A stretch of DNA of 63,693 bases, the filler included, from Octopus bimaculoides (lineage: Eukaryota), in assembly GCF_001194135.2 (NCBI RefSeq). It is 7 parts of 6 records of this genome, joined end to end, with 100 filler letters (N's around TTAATTAATTAA, not from the genome) between each part and the next. Parts side by side here need not be neighbours in the genome. Positions count along the whole stretch, not along the records: positions 29,364 to 53,111 come from NC_068997.1; positions 53,212 to 58,071 come from NC_068996.1; 5 more parts are not named here. One strand, given 5' to 3'. The notes below the pieces were generated by a model. That model was not told the DNA's origin, did no database searches, and worked only from the letters and a program-made list of their open reading frames with translations. The position numbers were made by a program, and so were the translations under genes. Positions 39,910 to 53,516 of the stretch are shown piece by piece. Position 1 is the stretch's first letter. Each line of letters starts with the position of its first letter.

Positions 39910-40437
39910 TTAGGTTGTCCGGAAAGTTCTGAGCGTTTTGTAATATGCAAAAAGAGAAATGAATAATTGATGTCAATAAATTTTATTCAATGAAATAATT
40001 TCCATTATCATTAATGAGCTTTTTCCATCGATCAGGCAATTTAAATATTCCATCAGCATAAAATTTGATTGGTTTGAAGAGAGCTATCTATATGCATTTT
40101 GAGTCTAAATCGTTGAATGTTTTTCCTGGCAATGTGTTCTGTAGAGACAAAAACAAATGGTAATAGGACGAGGCAATATCAGGAGAATATGGTGGATGGT
40201 GTAAGAGATTCCAGCCAAGTTTGTGTAACTTTGTCCGGGTAGCCAAAGACACATGTGGTTGGGCATTGTCTTTTGTTGGCAATCTCCGGCCTCAATTCTT
40301 TGATTTTTTGGTTCAAATTAGCCATCTCACGACAGTACACATCAGAATAAATGGTCTGGTTTTGTGAGAGAAGCTCATAATAAATGATGCCTTTATGATC
40401 CCACCAAACACAAAGCATAACTTTTGAAACGCACAGT
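39910..40437 (-). mobile_element. Mariner (DD34D) transposase 3' half with right TIR
   Basis: KVMLCVWWDHKGIIYYELL...ELRPEIANKR / DNAQPHVS...LGWNLLHHPPYSPDIASSYYHLFLSLQNTL...FYADGIFKLPDRWKK; TIR ttaggttgtccggaaagtt at 39910. Confidence 0.9.
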
Positions 40438-40909
40438 CGAGGGATACAACCAGTTTTCAGGAAACACACATGCACACACAAACACATACACATACACACA
40501 TGCACACACAAAGACATACACACATACATACACGCACACAAGCACATATTGAGACACGATACAAGCACATACACAGACGCACAAAATGATAACAAATAAA
40601 AAAGAAATGGCAAGAAAATCAGTAACAAAAACAACCAAGGTATTTAAAACCACAGAACAAGATGGCTGTTTCAACAGTTAACGAAAACAAGCTTGTTCTC
40701 GCTTGTAAATTGTTAAGCCTCACTCAAGAAATTATTCTCTATGAACGTGAGGCACTTGTTTCGACAGTATTACGCACACAAACTCAAACCGGATGTGATC
40801 TGTAAAGCAATTTCGGAGGACCACTAACGTCATTTGTATATGCACATGTGCATGGAAATAATTAGACAGATGATAGATAAATAGATAGCTAGATAGCTAG
40901 CTAGCTAGC

Positions 40910-40996
<87 letters not shown>

Positions 40997-41316
40997 GAAG
41001 ACAAACGGACGGACGGACGGACGGATGGATGGATGGATGGATGGATGGATGGATGATGGATGGATAGCTAGATAAATAGGTACGTACCTATATGTACGCA
41101 TACATACATACGTACATACATGCAAACATACATACATACATACATACATACATACATACATACATACATACATACATACATACATACATTTGAGCAAACG
41201 TGTTTTTTGTTTTTTCGTTTTCAATACACCGGAAATGTACATTTGCATATAAAAATAAAAGAAATTTGTACATGTTAAATATACATGTGTTTATTTGTGT
41301 GATGCATGTGTATGTA

Positions 41317-41352
<36 letters not shown>

Positions 41353-41448
41353 NNNNNNNNNNNNNNNNNNNNNNNNNNNNNNNNNNNNNNNNNNNNNNNN
41401 NNNNNNNNNNNNNNNNNNNNNNNNNNNNNNNNNNNNNNNTGTGTGTGC

Positions 41449-41502
<54 letters not shown>

Positions 41503-41865
41503 ATAAAAGAGCACCTACCCCGACCCAGGCACAGTGCTACCTTCAGTCAATCAATTTACTTCACAGCTCCACTTAATATCTGTCTATCAAGCTACTTGTT
41601 TTGTCATCATGCTGTTTGTGATAGCATGTCTATTGAAATGTAAATGCATTTCTTTAGATTTTATTAGTATATATATATATATATATGTGTGTGTATGTGT
41701 ATGTATGCTGTATTAAACATCTATCCATCTATTTCTCTATATGTGTGTGTGTGTGTGTGTTCGTGTATGCAGAGAGAGAGGGAGAAAGACAGAAGAGAGA
41801 GGGAGAGAGAGAGAGGGAGGGCGAGAGAGAGGGGGAGAAAGAGAAAGGGAAAGATAAATGGACTA

Positions 41866-41902
<37 letters not shown>

Positions 41903-42668
41903 CAGACAGATAGACAGACAGACNNNNNNNNNNNNNNNNNNNNNNNNNNNNNNNNNNNNNNNNNNNNNNNNNNNNNNNNNNNNNNNNNNNNNNNNNNNNN
42001 NNNNNNNNNNNNNNNNNNNNNNNNNNNNNNNNNNNNNNNNNNNNNNNNNNNNNNNNNNNNNNNNNNNNNNNNNNNNNNNNNNNNNNNNNNNNNNNNNNNN
42101 NNNNNNNNNNNNNNNNNNNNNNNNNNNNNNNNNNNNNNNNNNNNNNNNNNNNNNNNNNNNNNNNNNNNNNNNNNNNNNNNNNNNNNNNNNNNNNNNNNNN
42201 NNNNNNNNNNNNNNNNNNNNNNNNNNNNNNNNNNNNNNNNNNNNNNNNNNNNNNNNNNNNNNNNNNNNNNNNNNNNNNNNNNNNNNNNNNNNNNNNNNNN
42301 NNNNNNNNNNNNNNNNNNNNNNNNNNNNNNNNNNNNNNNNNNNNNNNNNNNNNNNNNNNNNNNNNNNNNNNNNNNNNNNNNNNGTGTATATATATGTATG
42401 TTTATGTTATGATATTGCACCCTGTTAGATATTGCTCCTGCCGTAGCTATTCTTGTTAACGTGTTCGTTTTTATCCTCTACTTTAACTTTTACTCCACCC
42501 CCACCACTCACTAGAACCATCTGCTTTATATTACATTATAGCTAGTAACTGAAGTGATATTGCCCGTACGACGGCTTCCCGCCATGTTCAAATATTTTTT
42601 CTGTAGCATCAGTCCCATTAGTCCATTATATATACATTTACACACACGTGTGTATACATACAAACGTG

Positions 42669-42702
<34 letters not shown>

Positions 42703-43054
42703 AATATATAGAAATTTGGTTCCTTTACTAAATTTTTTGTTCTTGTCCTTTATTTGTGTGCGACACTTCCCCACCCCTCAAACTTTTACTCTTCCTCGAT
42801 TCTTTGACATCTCTACAACATTTACTAAGGCTAATTTTGTTTATTTTGCAAATCAGAAAGAAGCCATGTTGAGATGGCGTACATACTACTTCCGGTGTCT
42901 GAAAAAACATAGCTATTCAATGTTGAGACATCTTGAAGCTTTGTAATTGTCTATCAAGCTTGTTTTTTTATATAGTTTTTTTTTTTAAGATATACATTTA
43001 CTTTCTTTTCACCCTCGTAATGCATTTCTGGTGTACGTTCATGTCTATATAGAC

Positions 43055-43109
<55 letters not shown>

Positions 43110-43550
43110 NNNNNNNNNNNNNNNNNNNNNNNNNNNNNNNNNNNNNNNNNNNNNNNNNNNNNNNNNNNNNNNATGTATGTATGTATATATATATATATGT
43201 ATATATATATACACATACATGTATGTATGTGTATGTATATACGCATATATGTATATGCGTATATATATGTGTGTATATAAATATATACATATATTTACGT
43301 GTATATATATATATATATATATTTGCGTGTATATATATATACATATATATATATATACATATATATATATATGTATATATACATATATATACTTATAAAC
43401 AGTGTGCTTGTGTACGTGTGTGTGTGTATATTTATATATATGTGTTTATATACATATATACGTATGTGGATTTGTCTCTGCGTGTGTGTGTGTACATGTA
43501 TACATAAATAATAAAATACCTATATTTCGGCAAATAAAGAAGTCGCGATT

Positions 43551-43599
<49 letters not shown>

Positions 43600-43659
43600 C
43601 CACCACCACCACCACTACCACCACCACCACCACCATTATCATCATCTTCATCATTTTCA

Positions 43660-43704
<45 letters not shown>

Positions 43705-44364
43705 GTTACTATTATTATTATTATTTCACTATTACAGCAATGGCGGTTTATGAGTAAAGCGATGGCGATGGACTATGATAGTCAGTGAGTGGAGAGAGCC
43801 GAAACCTGAGTAAATGAGTTGCGTTATTTCGGTGCATTATTTTACGATTGGATCTAAGTTAAAATCCCATCGATCCCAACTGTGCTTTTTAACCCTTCCG
43901 GGATCAATAAAAAGGAATGCCAATACAGTCTGCTTCACTTTCAATTGACTGCAATCCCTTTTCTGTACTTAGAGCAAATATAGTAATCAAGGATTATTAT
44001 TATCATCCAGGAACGGATTGGATAATATATTAGGCGTTTACGCACCATAAATCCTGAGATCAAATCCTGGCAGCTTTCTGTTCTGTTCTCTAAATCATCT
44101 TTAAGTGGTCGAAGGAGTACCGTTGACCTTGTTTTATTTGTTTGTCCTCTCTCCCTAAATGGTTGGTGCTGTGTATGTATATACGTTCTCTCTGAGAATC
44201 TCTGTGTGTTTTGGGTGGATGTATATGTGAATGTATGTATGGGATTGTATGTGTGCGTGAGTGTTACTGTATTTGTATAGGTGTGGTTGTGTGGTAAGAG
44301 GTTTTCTTGCTGACCACATAGTTCTGGGTTCAATCCCACTGCATGGCGCACTAGGCAAGTGTTT

Positions 44365-45085
44365 CCACTTGGCAAAGATTGACATTGATCTCTGCTGTGC
44401 ATGCGCACTAAGTATTAACGTTCTGGCTCACTTCCGCTGTTTACAGCAGTGCTTGGAAGGAATGTGTGTAACGTGTGACCGTCGTATTGACCATGACAGA
44501 GAAAGTTTTCATGGCGATACCTGCTCGGAGGCCAATGCAAAATTGCAGAAAGTGTATGGAGAGGAGTGTATGACCCACACCCAAGTGTACGAGTGGTTCA
44601 TGTGTTTCCAAGATGGCCGAAAAGAAGTCGATAGTGACGAACGTTCTGGGAGAACCGCAACCAGCAGAAATGAGAAAAACATCGCAGATGCGAGTGGCAG
44701 CTCTGAGGGAAATCGTCGAATCACCGTCCGTGAGTTATCAGAAGATGTGCAGATTAGTTACGGTTCATTTCAGGCCACTATCACAGAAGAATTGGGTATG
44801 AGAAGCGTGTCTGCCAAGTTTACGCGAAAATTGCTTTCAGCTGACCAATAAGACACTCGGGTTTCAGTTGCACAAGATCTCCTTGACTGTGTCGAGAACG
44901 ATGAAAACATTTTGGAAACTTTGCGTAGGCCTCTGAGCAGGTATCGCCAGGCTTTTGCCAAAGTTTGATGCAGATTCTCTGGTCAGCTATCTCTGTCAAG
45001 GTCAATCTGTGCCAAGTGGCTTTACTCTGCTTGCTTTAGCTTCGTTACTTTGGCAACAGTCCGGACATTTATTGATCAAACCACG
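44365..45085 (+). mobile_element. Mariner 5'-end foldback derivative
   Basis: Plus strand GDTCSEANAKLQKVYGEECMTHTQVYEWF..FQDGRKEVDSDERSGR...RRITVRELSEDV..SYGS...LGMRSVSAKFTRKLL; the N-terminus recurs inverted (MTLTEIADQRICIKLWQKPGDTCSEAYAK, about 44915-45005) and runs to a TIR ending ccacg|TA. Confidence 0.85.
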
Positions 45086-45119
45086 TATATATATACATCT
45101 ATGCATCTATGTACGTATG

Positions 45120-45168
<49 letters not shown>

Positions 45169-46787
45169 GTAGGAATGAATGTGTATTTATTTATACTCTT
45201 GCCCATATGTGCATGTACGTGTGTGCAAGTGGGTGCGCGTGCGCATGTGAGTCTATGCACGCACGCTTGTGAGTGTGTTTCTGTGTGTTTGTGTCTTCTG
45301 TATGCGTGGATGGTATGTTTAAGCGAGTCATGTGTAAATTATTTGCTTAAGCAACCTTTATATCTGTGTATCTTGTTAAACCAGTCGGATGCTGGACTTA
45401 ATTTCCGTTGGTTGTTTGTTTTGCTAAGACACCGTTCTTGTAACACTATTTGCTGAAGTCCGCTTGCTGGTCTTGTCTCTTTGTTTTCACTGTCAGGTGT
45501 AGGCTGAATGACAATCCACTCACAACACAAGACGACTCAGTGTGCTTCCATACACCGCTAAGGTCTCACCGGGGATGTAGCCGGTTAGGTAATTGGACGC
45601 CTGGCAGACGATAGATGCATCGTTCAAATCTCGTTGCGGCTTGGAATGTCATTATAGGAGAATACCTTTCGTCTTTTACTTGTTTCAATGAGACATGATA
45701 TGATTTCTATAAGAATACGATCGATGGTTAACCTTTTTCATGGTCATTCGGTAAGCAAGAAATAGCAGCCAAATTTCTCTCGTCTCACTAAGTTACTACT
45801 CTTTTCTTGAAGACACAGAGAATACAGTGAAACAAATGTAAATCTAGGTTATACATTGTGTCAGAAAGTGGATTATTAAAGATTATGACCTCTTTGGTAA
45901 TAGGTTTGTTTGATCAACAATGACCTGGGGTTAAATGATAATAACAACAACAGCAGAAATTGTTATTACAAGGCAATGAGGAAGGTACCATGTAATTGTC
46001 TGACCTACTACAAATGCCCTAGTAACATTTAAAACAATATAGATAAGTGCTGTGACCTAGATATTCGTACTTGCTGCGTACGTCGTAATACGTAATGAAT
46101 TGGTAAAATCGTTAGAAAATCGCATTAAATGCTTTAGCAGTATTCTACACTCCGAGTTCGAATCCCGCCGATGTTAACTATACAATATCATTTCTCTTTT
46201 TCTGAGTTGATAAACAAACTACCCATCTAGGGTAAAGGATTAAAATAATTATTAGATCGTCGAACTTGATTCTTTGCAGCTCTGTGCGTTCTGAGTAACG
46301 TTGAATCTTCAGTTCCCTCAACTGCAAAGGGCGAAACTTCTCTCAAGTGTAGACAACCTGAGCAGGTATGTATGCTGACTCTAATATATTCATATGCACA
46401 TATAAGCGACATTATATATGGCCAAAACAATTACAAAAACGAATACGGAAACTAGTACATCTTCAGTTTTTTTCTTTTCCTTTAACAGTTAGTTATACCA
46501 CATAGCTAGTTAGTTTAGTTAATATGACCAACACGTGTTTCTGCTGCATAGAGTACGTGCAGTTGCCTGTGCAACCCGCAATATTCTGCTATGCACATTC
46601 ATTCAGGTCTGATTTACAAGCCTGGACTGAAATACGTGTCGATCATTTTGACTAAGGAATTATGTTGTATACTTTAACTGGTGGCAAGAAAGCCTGAGAT
46701 AAACTGAATAATGATATATACATATGTATAAGTTATAATGTCGCTTATATGTGCATATGAATATATTAGAGTCAGCATACGTGTATA

Positions 46788-47614
46788 CAAGGGGGTACCC
46801 AAAAGTAACCGGAAATGGTCTCTGTGGGACAAGCTCGTACTAGTTCAGGCTTCCGCTGCTAGAAGTTATTTGATGCAACCCTCCGGCATCAGTCTGCCGA
46901 CCGACGTTGTCGAGTGAAGTTGTACTGCTATTTGGTGTGTCTTTATTTTGCAGTGCTTCTCCCCTGTTCGACGATTTTTGCAACGGTTGAAACGAACGAA
47001 CAGCGTGCTTCCGTGAAATTCTGTTTTCTGCTGGTGGAAACGGCGGCCGAAACAGTTGTCATGCTTACAAAGACGCTGTGATGAGCAAAACATAAGTTTA
47101 CAAGCGGTTTCTACGCTTTAGGAATGGTCACTTGTCGCTTGAAGGCCAACCTCGTTCAGAACAACCGTCGACCTTCCCAACGAATGAGAACATCAGGAAA
47201 ATTCATCAACTGATCTTGGAGGACCGTCACTGAACAATTGATGAACTTGTTGATATGAATGGTGTGTCCTAGAGCTCCTGCCAACGAATTTTGAGGGAGG
47301 AATTGCGGATGAAAAGAATTGCAGCAAAATTTGTGCCTCGTTTGCTCACGGAAGATCAAAAGCAGTCACGACTGAACGCGCGTCGTGAACTGAAAGAACA
47401 GTTTGTAAGCTGATCTGGACCTTTCTTCGAACGTCTGCACTAGTGACGAAAGCTGGTGCTACGGAATTTGCAGATGTGGAAGAGGGAGAAGAAAAAAAAA
47501 TGATGTATTGCTTCAAATGGAGAATACTTTGAAGGCAAAAAAAAGTGTAAACATGTAAAAGTAAATGAGTAGAATAATATTGCAAAATTCTGGTTTTTTT
47601 TGGATACCCCCTCG
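46788..47614 (+). mobile_element. Internally deleted mariner, both TIRs intact
   Basis: TA|caagggggtacccaaaagtaaccggaa ... ttctggtttttttggataccccctcg|TA; EQRASVKFCFLL...RIAAKFVPRLLTEDQKQSR...DESWCYG joined to CIASNGEYFEG. Confidence 0.9.
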
Positions 47615-48687
47615 TACGGTAGCGTGTACCTATTAATGTGCTTGGCTAGCTTGATCCTTCGTAGGAGTGTGTGTCCATGGAAATAGATGTCCTTTATATA
47701 CGTGTTTCCCTGTCAGCTTGTCTGTCTCTCCGTCTGTGTGTCAGCTTGTCTCTCTCTCCGTCTGTCTGTTAATGTATGTATGCTATTGTGTCTGTGTCAT
47801 TCTTTGTGTAGTTGACACAAGCCTACCTACCTATTCCGTACATTCGTTTATTCTGTCATATGGAATAAACCCTCAAATATCTTTCTCTCTCTCGCGCGCG
47901 CTCTCTCCCTCTCTCACTCTCGCGCTCTCTCTCTCTCTATCTCTCTTTCATTCTCTGTGTCTGTGTGTCTGTGAGAAGTATGGTTACACTAGAACAGCGA
48001 CCTAAAGTTCAGGTGTGTCAAAGAAAATAACCATGTCTTCATGTACAGGTGACATTTAACCAAGCACCTTACCTCCACGACATTCATTTCAACTAGAATT
48101 ACGTACACAATCAAAGTAGACAGCATTCGGCATCTCATCTCTCTCTTCTTCACTTTCCATCTCCTTCCCTCTCTCTTTCTCTCTGTCTGTCACTCACATA
48201 CTCTCTTTCTCTGTGCATACTTAAGTACATTTATACATAAGTATGCATATACTATTTGTGTGTGTGCGTGTGCGTTATGATTACATACTTACGAAGATAT
48301 TAAGATATATGAGTGTGCGCATATATATATATATATATATANNNNNNNNNNNNNNNNNNNNNNNNNNNNNNNNNNNNNNNNNNNNNNNNNNNNNNNNNNN
48401 NNNNNNNNNNNNNNNNNNNNNNNNNNNNNNNNNNNNNNNNNNNNNNNNNNNNNNNNNNNNNNNNNNNNNNNNNNNNNNNNNNNNNNNNNNNNNNNNNNNN
48501 NNNNNNNNNNNNNNNNNNNNNNNNNNNNNNNNNNNNNNNNNNNNNNNNNNNNNNNNNNNNNNNNNNNNNNNNNNNNNNNNNNNNNNNNNNNNNNNNNNNN
48601 NNNNNNNNNNNNNNNNNNNNNNNNNNNNNNNNNNNNNNNNNNNNNNNNNNNNNNNNNNNNNNNNNNNNNNNNNNNNNNNNNNNNNNN

Positions 48688-48724
<37 letters not shown>

Positions 48725-48919
48725 TTTTATTTATATATATATATATATGCATATGTATTTCTATATATACATATATGTGTGTGTGCCAATATATACAGCG
48801 TGCGATATGTATATGTATATATACACACACACAAAATACACAGAGGTTCAGTTCACAGGTGATCTAATCAGATTTACAATCTTTAACAATTTTTTTATAT
48901 ATATGCATGTATTCTTATA

Positions 48920-49230
48920 TTCCTATATTTGTTTCAGTCATTTGAACGTGGCCATGCTGGAGCACCACCTTTAGTCGAACCGCTAAGTTACAGGGACGTA
49001 AGCACACCAATATCGGTTGTCAAGCGATGGTGGAGGGACAAACACAGACACACAAACATATGCACACATATATATATATATTATACGACAAGCTTCTTTC
49101 AATTTCCGTCTACTAAATCCACTCACTAGTCTTTAGTTGGCCCAAGGCTATAGAAGAAGACACTTGCCCAAGGTGCCACGCAGTGGGACTGAACCCGGAA
49201 CCGTGTGGTTGGTTAGCGAGCTACTTACCA
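48920..49230 (-). mobile_element. SINE family A
   Basis: Reverse copy with an internal deletion. Confidence 0.8.
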
Positions 49231-50281
49231 CTAAGCCACATATATATATATGTATGTATATATTTATATGTATATATATATGTATATGTATATATGTGTG
49301 TGTATATGTGTGCGTGTGCGTGTGTATGTATGCGTGTGTGCGTGTGCGTGTGTATGTATGTGTGTGTGCGTGTGTGTGTGTATGTGTATGTATGTATGTG
49401 TGTGTGTGTGTGTGTGTGTGTACGTTTGTATGTATGTGTATGTTTTCCGGCATTGGTTTCTCTCTACGTATGTCTCATGTATGTTCGCTTGAGCGTGAAT
49501 ATTCTCAAAGTTAGCAGACACTAACACACACACACACACACACNNNNNNNNNNNNNNNNNNNNNNNNNNNNNNNNNNNNNNNNNNNNNNNNNNNNNNNNN
49601 NNNNNNNNNNNNNNNNNNNNNNNNNNNNNNNNNNNNNNNNNNNNNNNNNNNNNNNNNNNNNNNNNNNNNNNNNNNNNNNNNNNNNNNNNNNNNNNNNNNN
49701 NNNNNNNNNNNNNNNNNNNNNNNNNNNNNNNNNNNNNNNNNNNNNNNNNNNNNNNNNNNNNNNNNNNNNNNNNNNNNNNNNNNNNNNNNNNNNNNNNNNN
49801 NNNNNNNNNNNNNNNNNNNNNNNNNNNNNNNNNNNNNNNNNNNNNNNNNNNNNNNNNNNNNNNNNNNNNNNNNNNNNNNNNNNNNNNNNNNNNNNNNNNN
49901 NNNNNNNNNNNNNNNNNNNNNNNNNNNNNNNNNNNNNNNNNNNNNNNNNNNNNNNNNNNNNNNNNNNNNNNNNNNNNNNNNNNNNNGTCATTTCCCTCTT
50001 GCTTGTGATGTTTTCTTGTTGTTTGCGTCGTAGTATTGCGTGGTTGTATGTGCGTGGTATATGTCTGCGAGCTTCTGTGTGTGTGTGGACAGGGTACGTC
50101 TCTACCGTGTACAATGGCCGCCACTTAAAGACAGCTGCTAAAACGACATATTGTTGACTGAGACGCGGGTAGTGGAGTGAGGGTTGTGTTGGCGATGATG
50201 GTAGTTGTTGGGTGTCCTGTTATTTAATGCATTTTCTACACACCCTCATACTGTCATTTAGATAGATAGATAGATAGATAT

Positions 50282-50355
<74 letters not shown>

Positions 50356-50717
50356 CTCTTTTATCTTTGTTCGACTAAAAATCCTTCAAGGTGGTACTCC
50401 AGCATGGCTGCAGTCAAATTATTGAAACAAGTAAAAGAAGAAATGAATATGCAGACACACAGACACATACATATTCTTTCATTCTTTTATTCTTTTACTT
50501 GTTTCAGTTGTTAGATAGCGGCTATGCTGGGGCACCGCCTCGAAGAATTTTTGTTGAATGAATCGACTCCAATATTTATGTTTTTGTTGAACCTGGTATT
50601 TATTCTGTCGGTGCCTTTTGCCGAACCGTTAAGCTATGGGGACGTAAACAGACCAACACGGGTTGTTAAGCGGCAGTGGTCGGACAAACAGACACGTAGT
50701 CACGCATATTGATGTGC

Positions 50718-50786
<69 letters not shown>

Positions 50787-50829
50787 ATATGAGTATATGC
50801 ATATATATGTACATGTATGTATATACCTT

Positions 50830-51080
50830 CATCCACATGTACATATAGATACAAAAATGGGTACATGACGTGGCAAAAGAACATGGACAAAATGGTAAAT
50901 AAGGTACAACAAACAAGCAGGCCACATAGAAACATCCCCTTCATCAGCTCCCACCATTAAAACCCCGGCGTTTCGAAGAATTAAGGCAGTACGCATCGTT
51001 AAAATGGTTCTTCCCACGAACACAAATTAAATTGTTTTCGTGGAGGGTAGTGGCGGACGGAAAACAAGACAGGAAAACAA
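50830..51080 (-). mobile_element. Probable Penelope-like terminus, third family
   Basis: Reverse strand contains ttcgaaacgccgg...gctgatgaagggga followed by a T-rich tail. Confidence 0.4.
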
Positions 51081-51527
51081 CACGGTGAAATAAACAAACA
51101 AAAAGGCTGTACAGCCAGACGTGAAGTGTGTATGTATCGAACGCTTGGCGTAGGAGTAGCTGTGTGGTAAGTAGCTTACTTACCAACCACATTGTTCCGG
51201 GTTCAGTCCCACTGCGTGGCACCTTGGGCAAGTGTCTTCTACTATAGCCTCGAGCCGACCAAAGCCTTGTGAGTGGATTTGGTTTACTAGTGTTATTGCT
51301 GTTGACATTTCTGCCGCCTTTTCAGGTGACATGAGATACATATTCATCAAAAGAATACACACATACACACCACCACACACACACTCACACAAACACACAT
51401 CCATTTATCTATCTATCTGTCTATCTATTCTATATATATATATATATATAACACTTATACAAATGTGTGTGCGCACGCGCGCGCGTAACTGTTTCGAGGG
51501 CTAAAAAACTTTATACAATTGTGCGCG

Positions 51528-51570
<43 letters not shown>

Positions 51571-51734
51571 CACATGTATATATTCATTTATGAATACATA
51601 CATAAATATAGATGTATACCGATATATGTATATATTATATTGTTTGTTGATATCTATACATGCATCTCTCTATATATATATTTATTTTTTATATACACGC
51701 ATATAGATCATACATATACACACATACACGCACA

Positions 51735-51844
<110 letters not shown>

Positions 51845-52506
51845 AACGTATAAATATATATATATAAAATATATATGTATATAATATATCCATGCATATT
51901 GATGTCATGTCCGTTCACTTATACATCATTATTGCCGACTGTCATCAGAAAAATTCAATAAAGCTAAACTTTAATATATTTACATAATTTTTCACTCTGC
52001 TCTTGTCCAAAACTCTTCCATCATAAAGACTTGACGTGGTCCGATTGTAATGGTGTTGTGTGTGCTACCCCTCCTTTCTCACCGAAAATATGAAACACAC
52101 ACACAAGCACACACACACACACACACACGTCCACACACACGGACCTACACGCTAACATTTGCCTCATGTCTCCATCCCTGTAGCTATCACTTTCTCACTT
52201 TCTTCTCTTTGCGAATGTTTGTATATGGTAAGGGGTATATATGCGTGTCTAAATAAGTTTTTCTCTATACATACACATGCNNNNNNNNNNNNNNNNNNNN
52301 NNNNNNNNNNNNNNNNNNNNNNNNNNNNNNNNNNNNNNNNNNNNNNNNNNNNNNNNNNNNNNNNNNNNNNNNNNNNNNNNNNNNNNNNNNNNNNNNNNNN
52401 NNNNNNNNNNNNNNNNNNNNNNNNNNNNNNNNNNNNNNNNNNNNNNNNNNNNNNNNNNNNNNNNNNNNNNNNNNNNNNNNNNNNNNNNNNNNNNNNNNNN
52501 NATATG

Positions 52507-52602
<96 letters not shown>

Positions 52603-52865
52603 GTATATATGCTTTGGTACATGCATATATACGTGTGCGCGTGTGTAGACAAATGTACGCACCTTCATAAATATGCATGTGTATTTGAGTAGATGACTAA
52701 ATTGCTTGCTTCATTAAAATCCAATCAACTATGTAAACTACAATATTAAACAAAGGAAAACTAACCACATGTGCTTGTGCATGTGTATGTCTATATATCT
52801 AAATGAACACAGACACACACACATGTATTTACACATATACATACATAAATACATACATAGTTAAT

Positions 52866-53060
52866 CTAAAAAAAAAAACGATGAACAAACAGAAGAAAAA
52901 GCAACAACGCGAGGACGTGGTACATGCGAAGTATTAGCAAACGCTCAGGGAAAGAAAGAAAGGTAGTTTCGCGTTTCGAGCAAGGCTCTTCGTTAGAAAC
53001 AGGAGACGGAGGAAAGTCCAAGTGAAAAGGAAGACGGAGGAAAAAAATCGCCAACGATCG
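52866..53060 (-). mobile_element. Penelope-like element 3' terminus with hammerhead-like motif
   Basis: Reverse strand gtttctaacgaagagccttgctcgaaacgcgaaac followed by a T-rich tail; same architecture as 23390-23424. Confidence 0.55.
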
Positions 53061-53063
53061 ACA

Positions 53064-53111
<48 letters not shown>

Positions 53112-53443
53112 NNNNNNNNNNNNNNNNNNNNNNNNNNNNNNNNNNNNNNNNNNNNTTAATTAATTAANNNNNNNNNNNNNNNNNNNNNNNNNNNNNNNNN
53201 NNNNNNNNNNNCAGGTTTTTCTCTCTCGCCAAGGTCATCGGCTGTCGAACGCCGACGAAGGGAAATAACCCTGAAATCCGGATACGTTCGTGCTGCTGGC
53301 CGTGGTGAGAGGGATAACTCCCTAGGCAAACAGGACACAGTCGTGTGTCGATAAGCCAGCTGGAGGAGATGTCCTCCTGGGGCTAAAAGCAACAGTAACA
53401 TCCACCCCTAGGGGTCAGCCACACTTAAGTGGCAATATACTAC

Positions 53444-53504
<61 letters not shown>

Positions 53505-53516
53505 ATGTATTATGTA

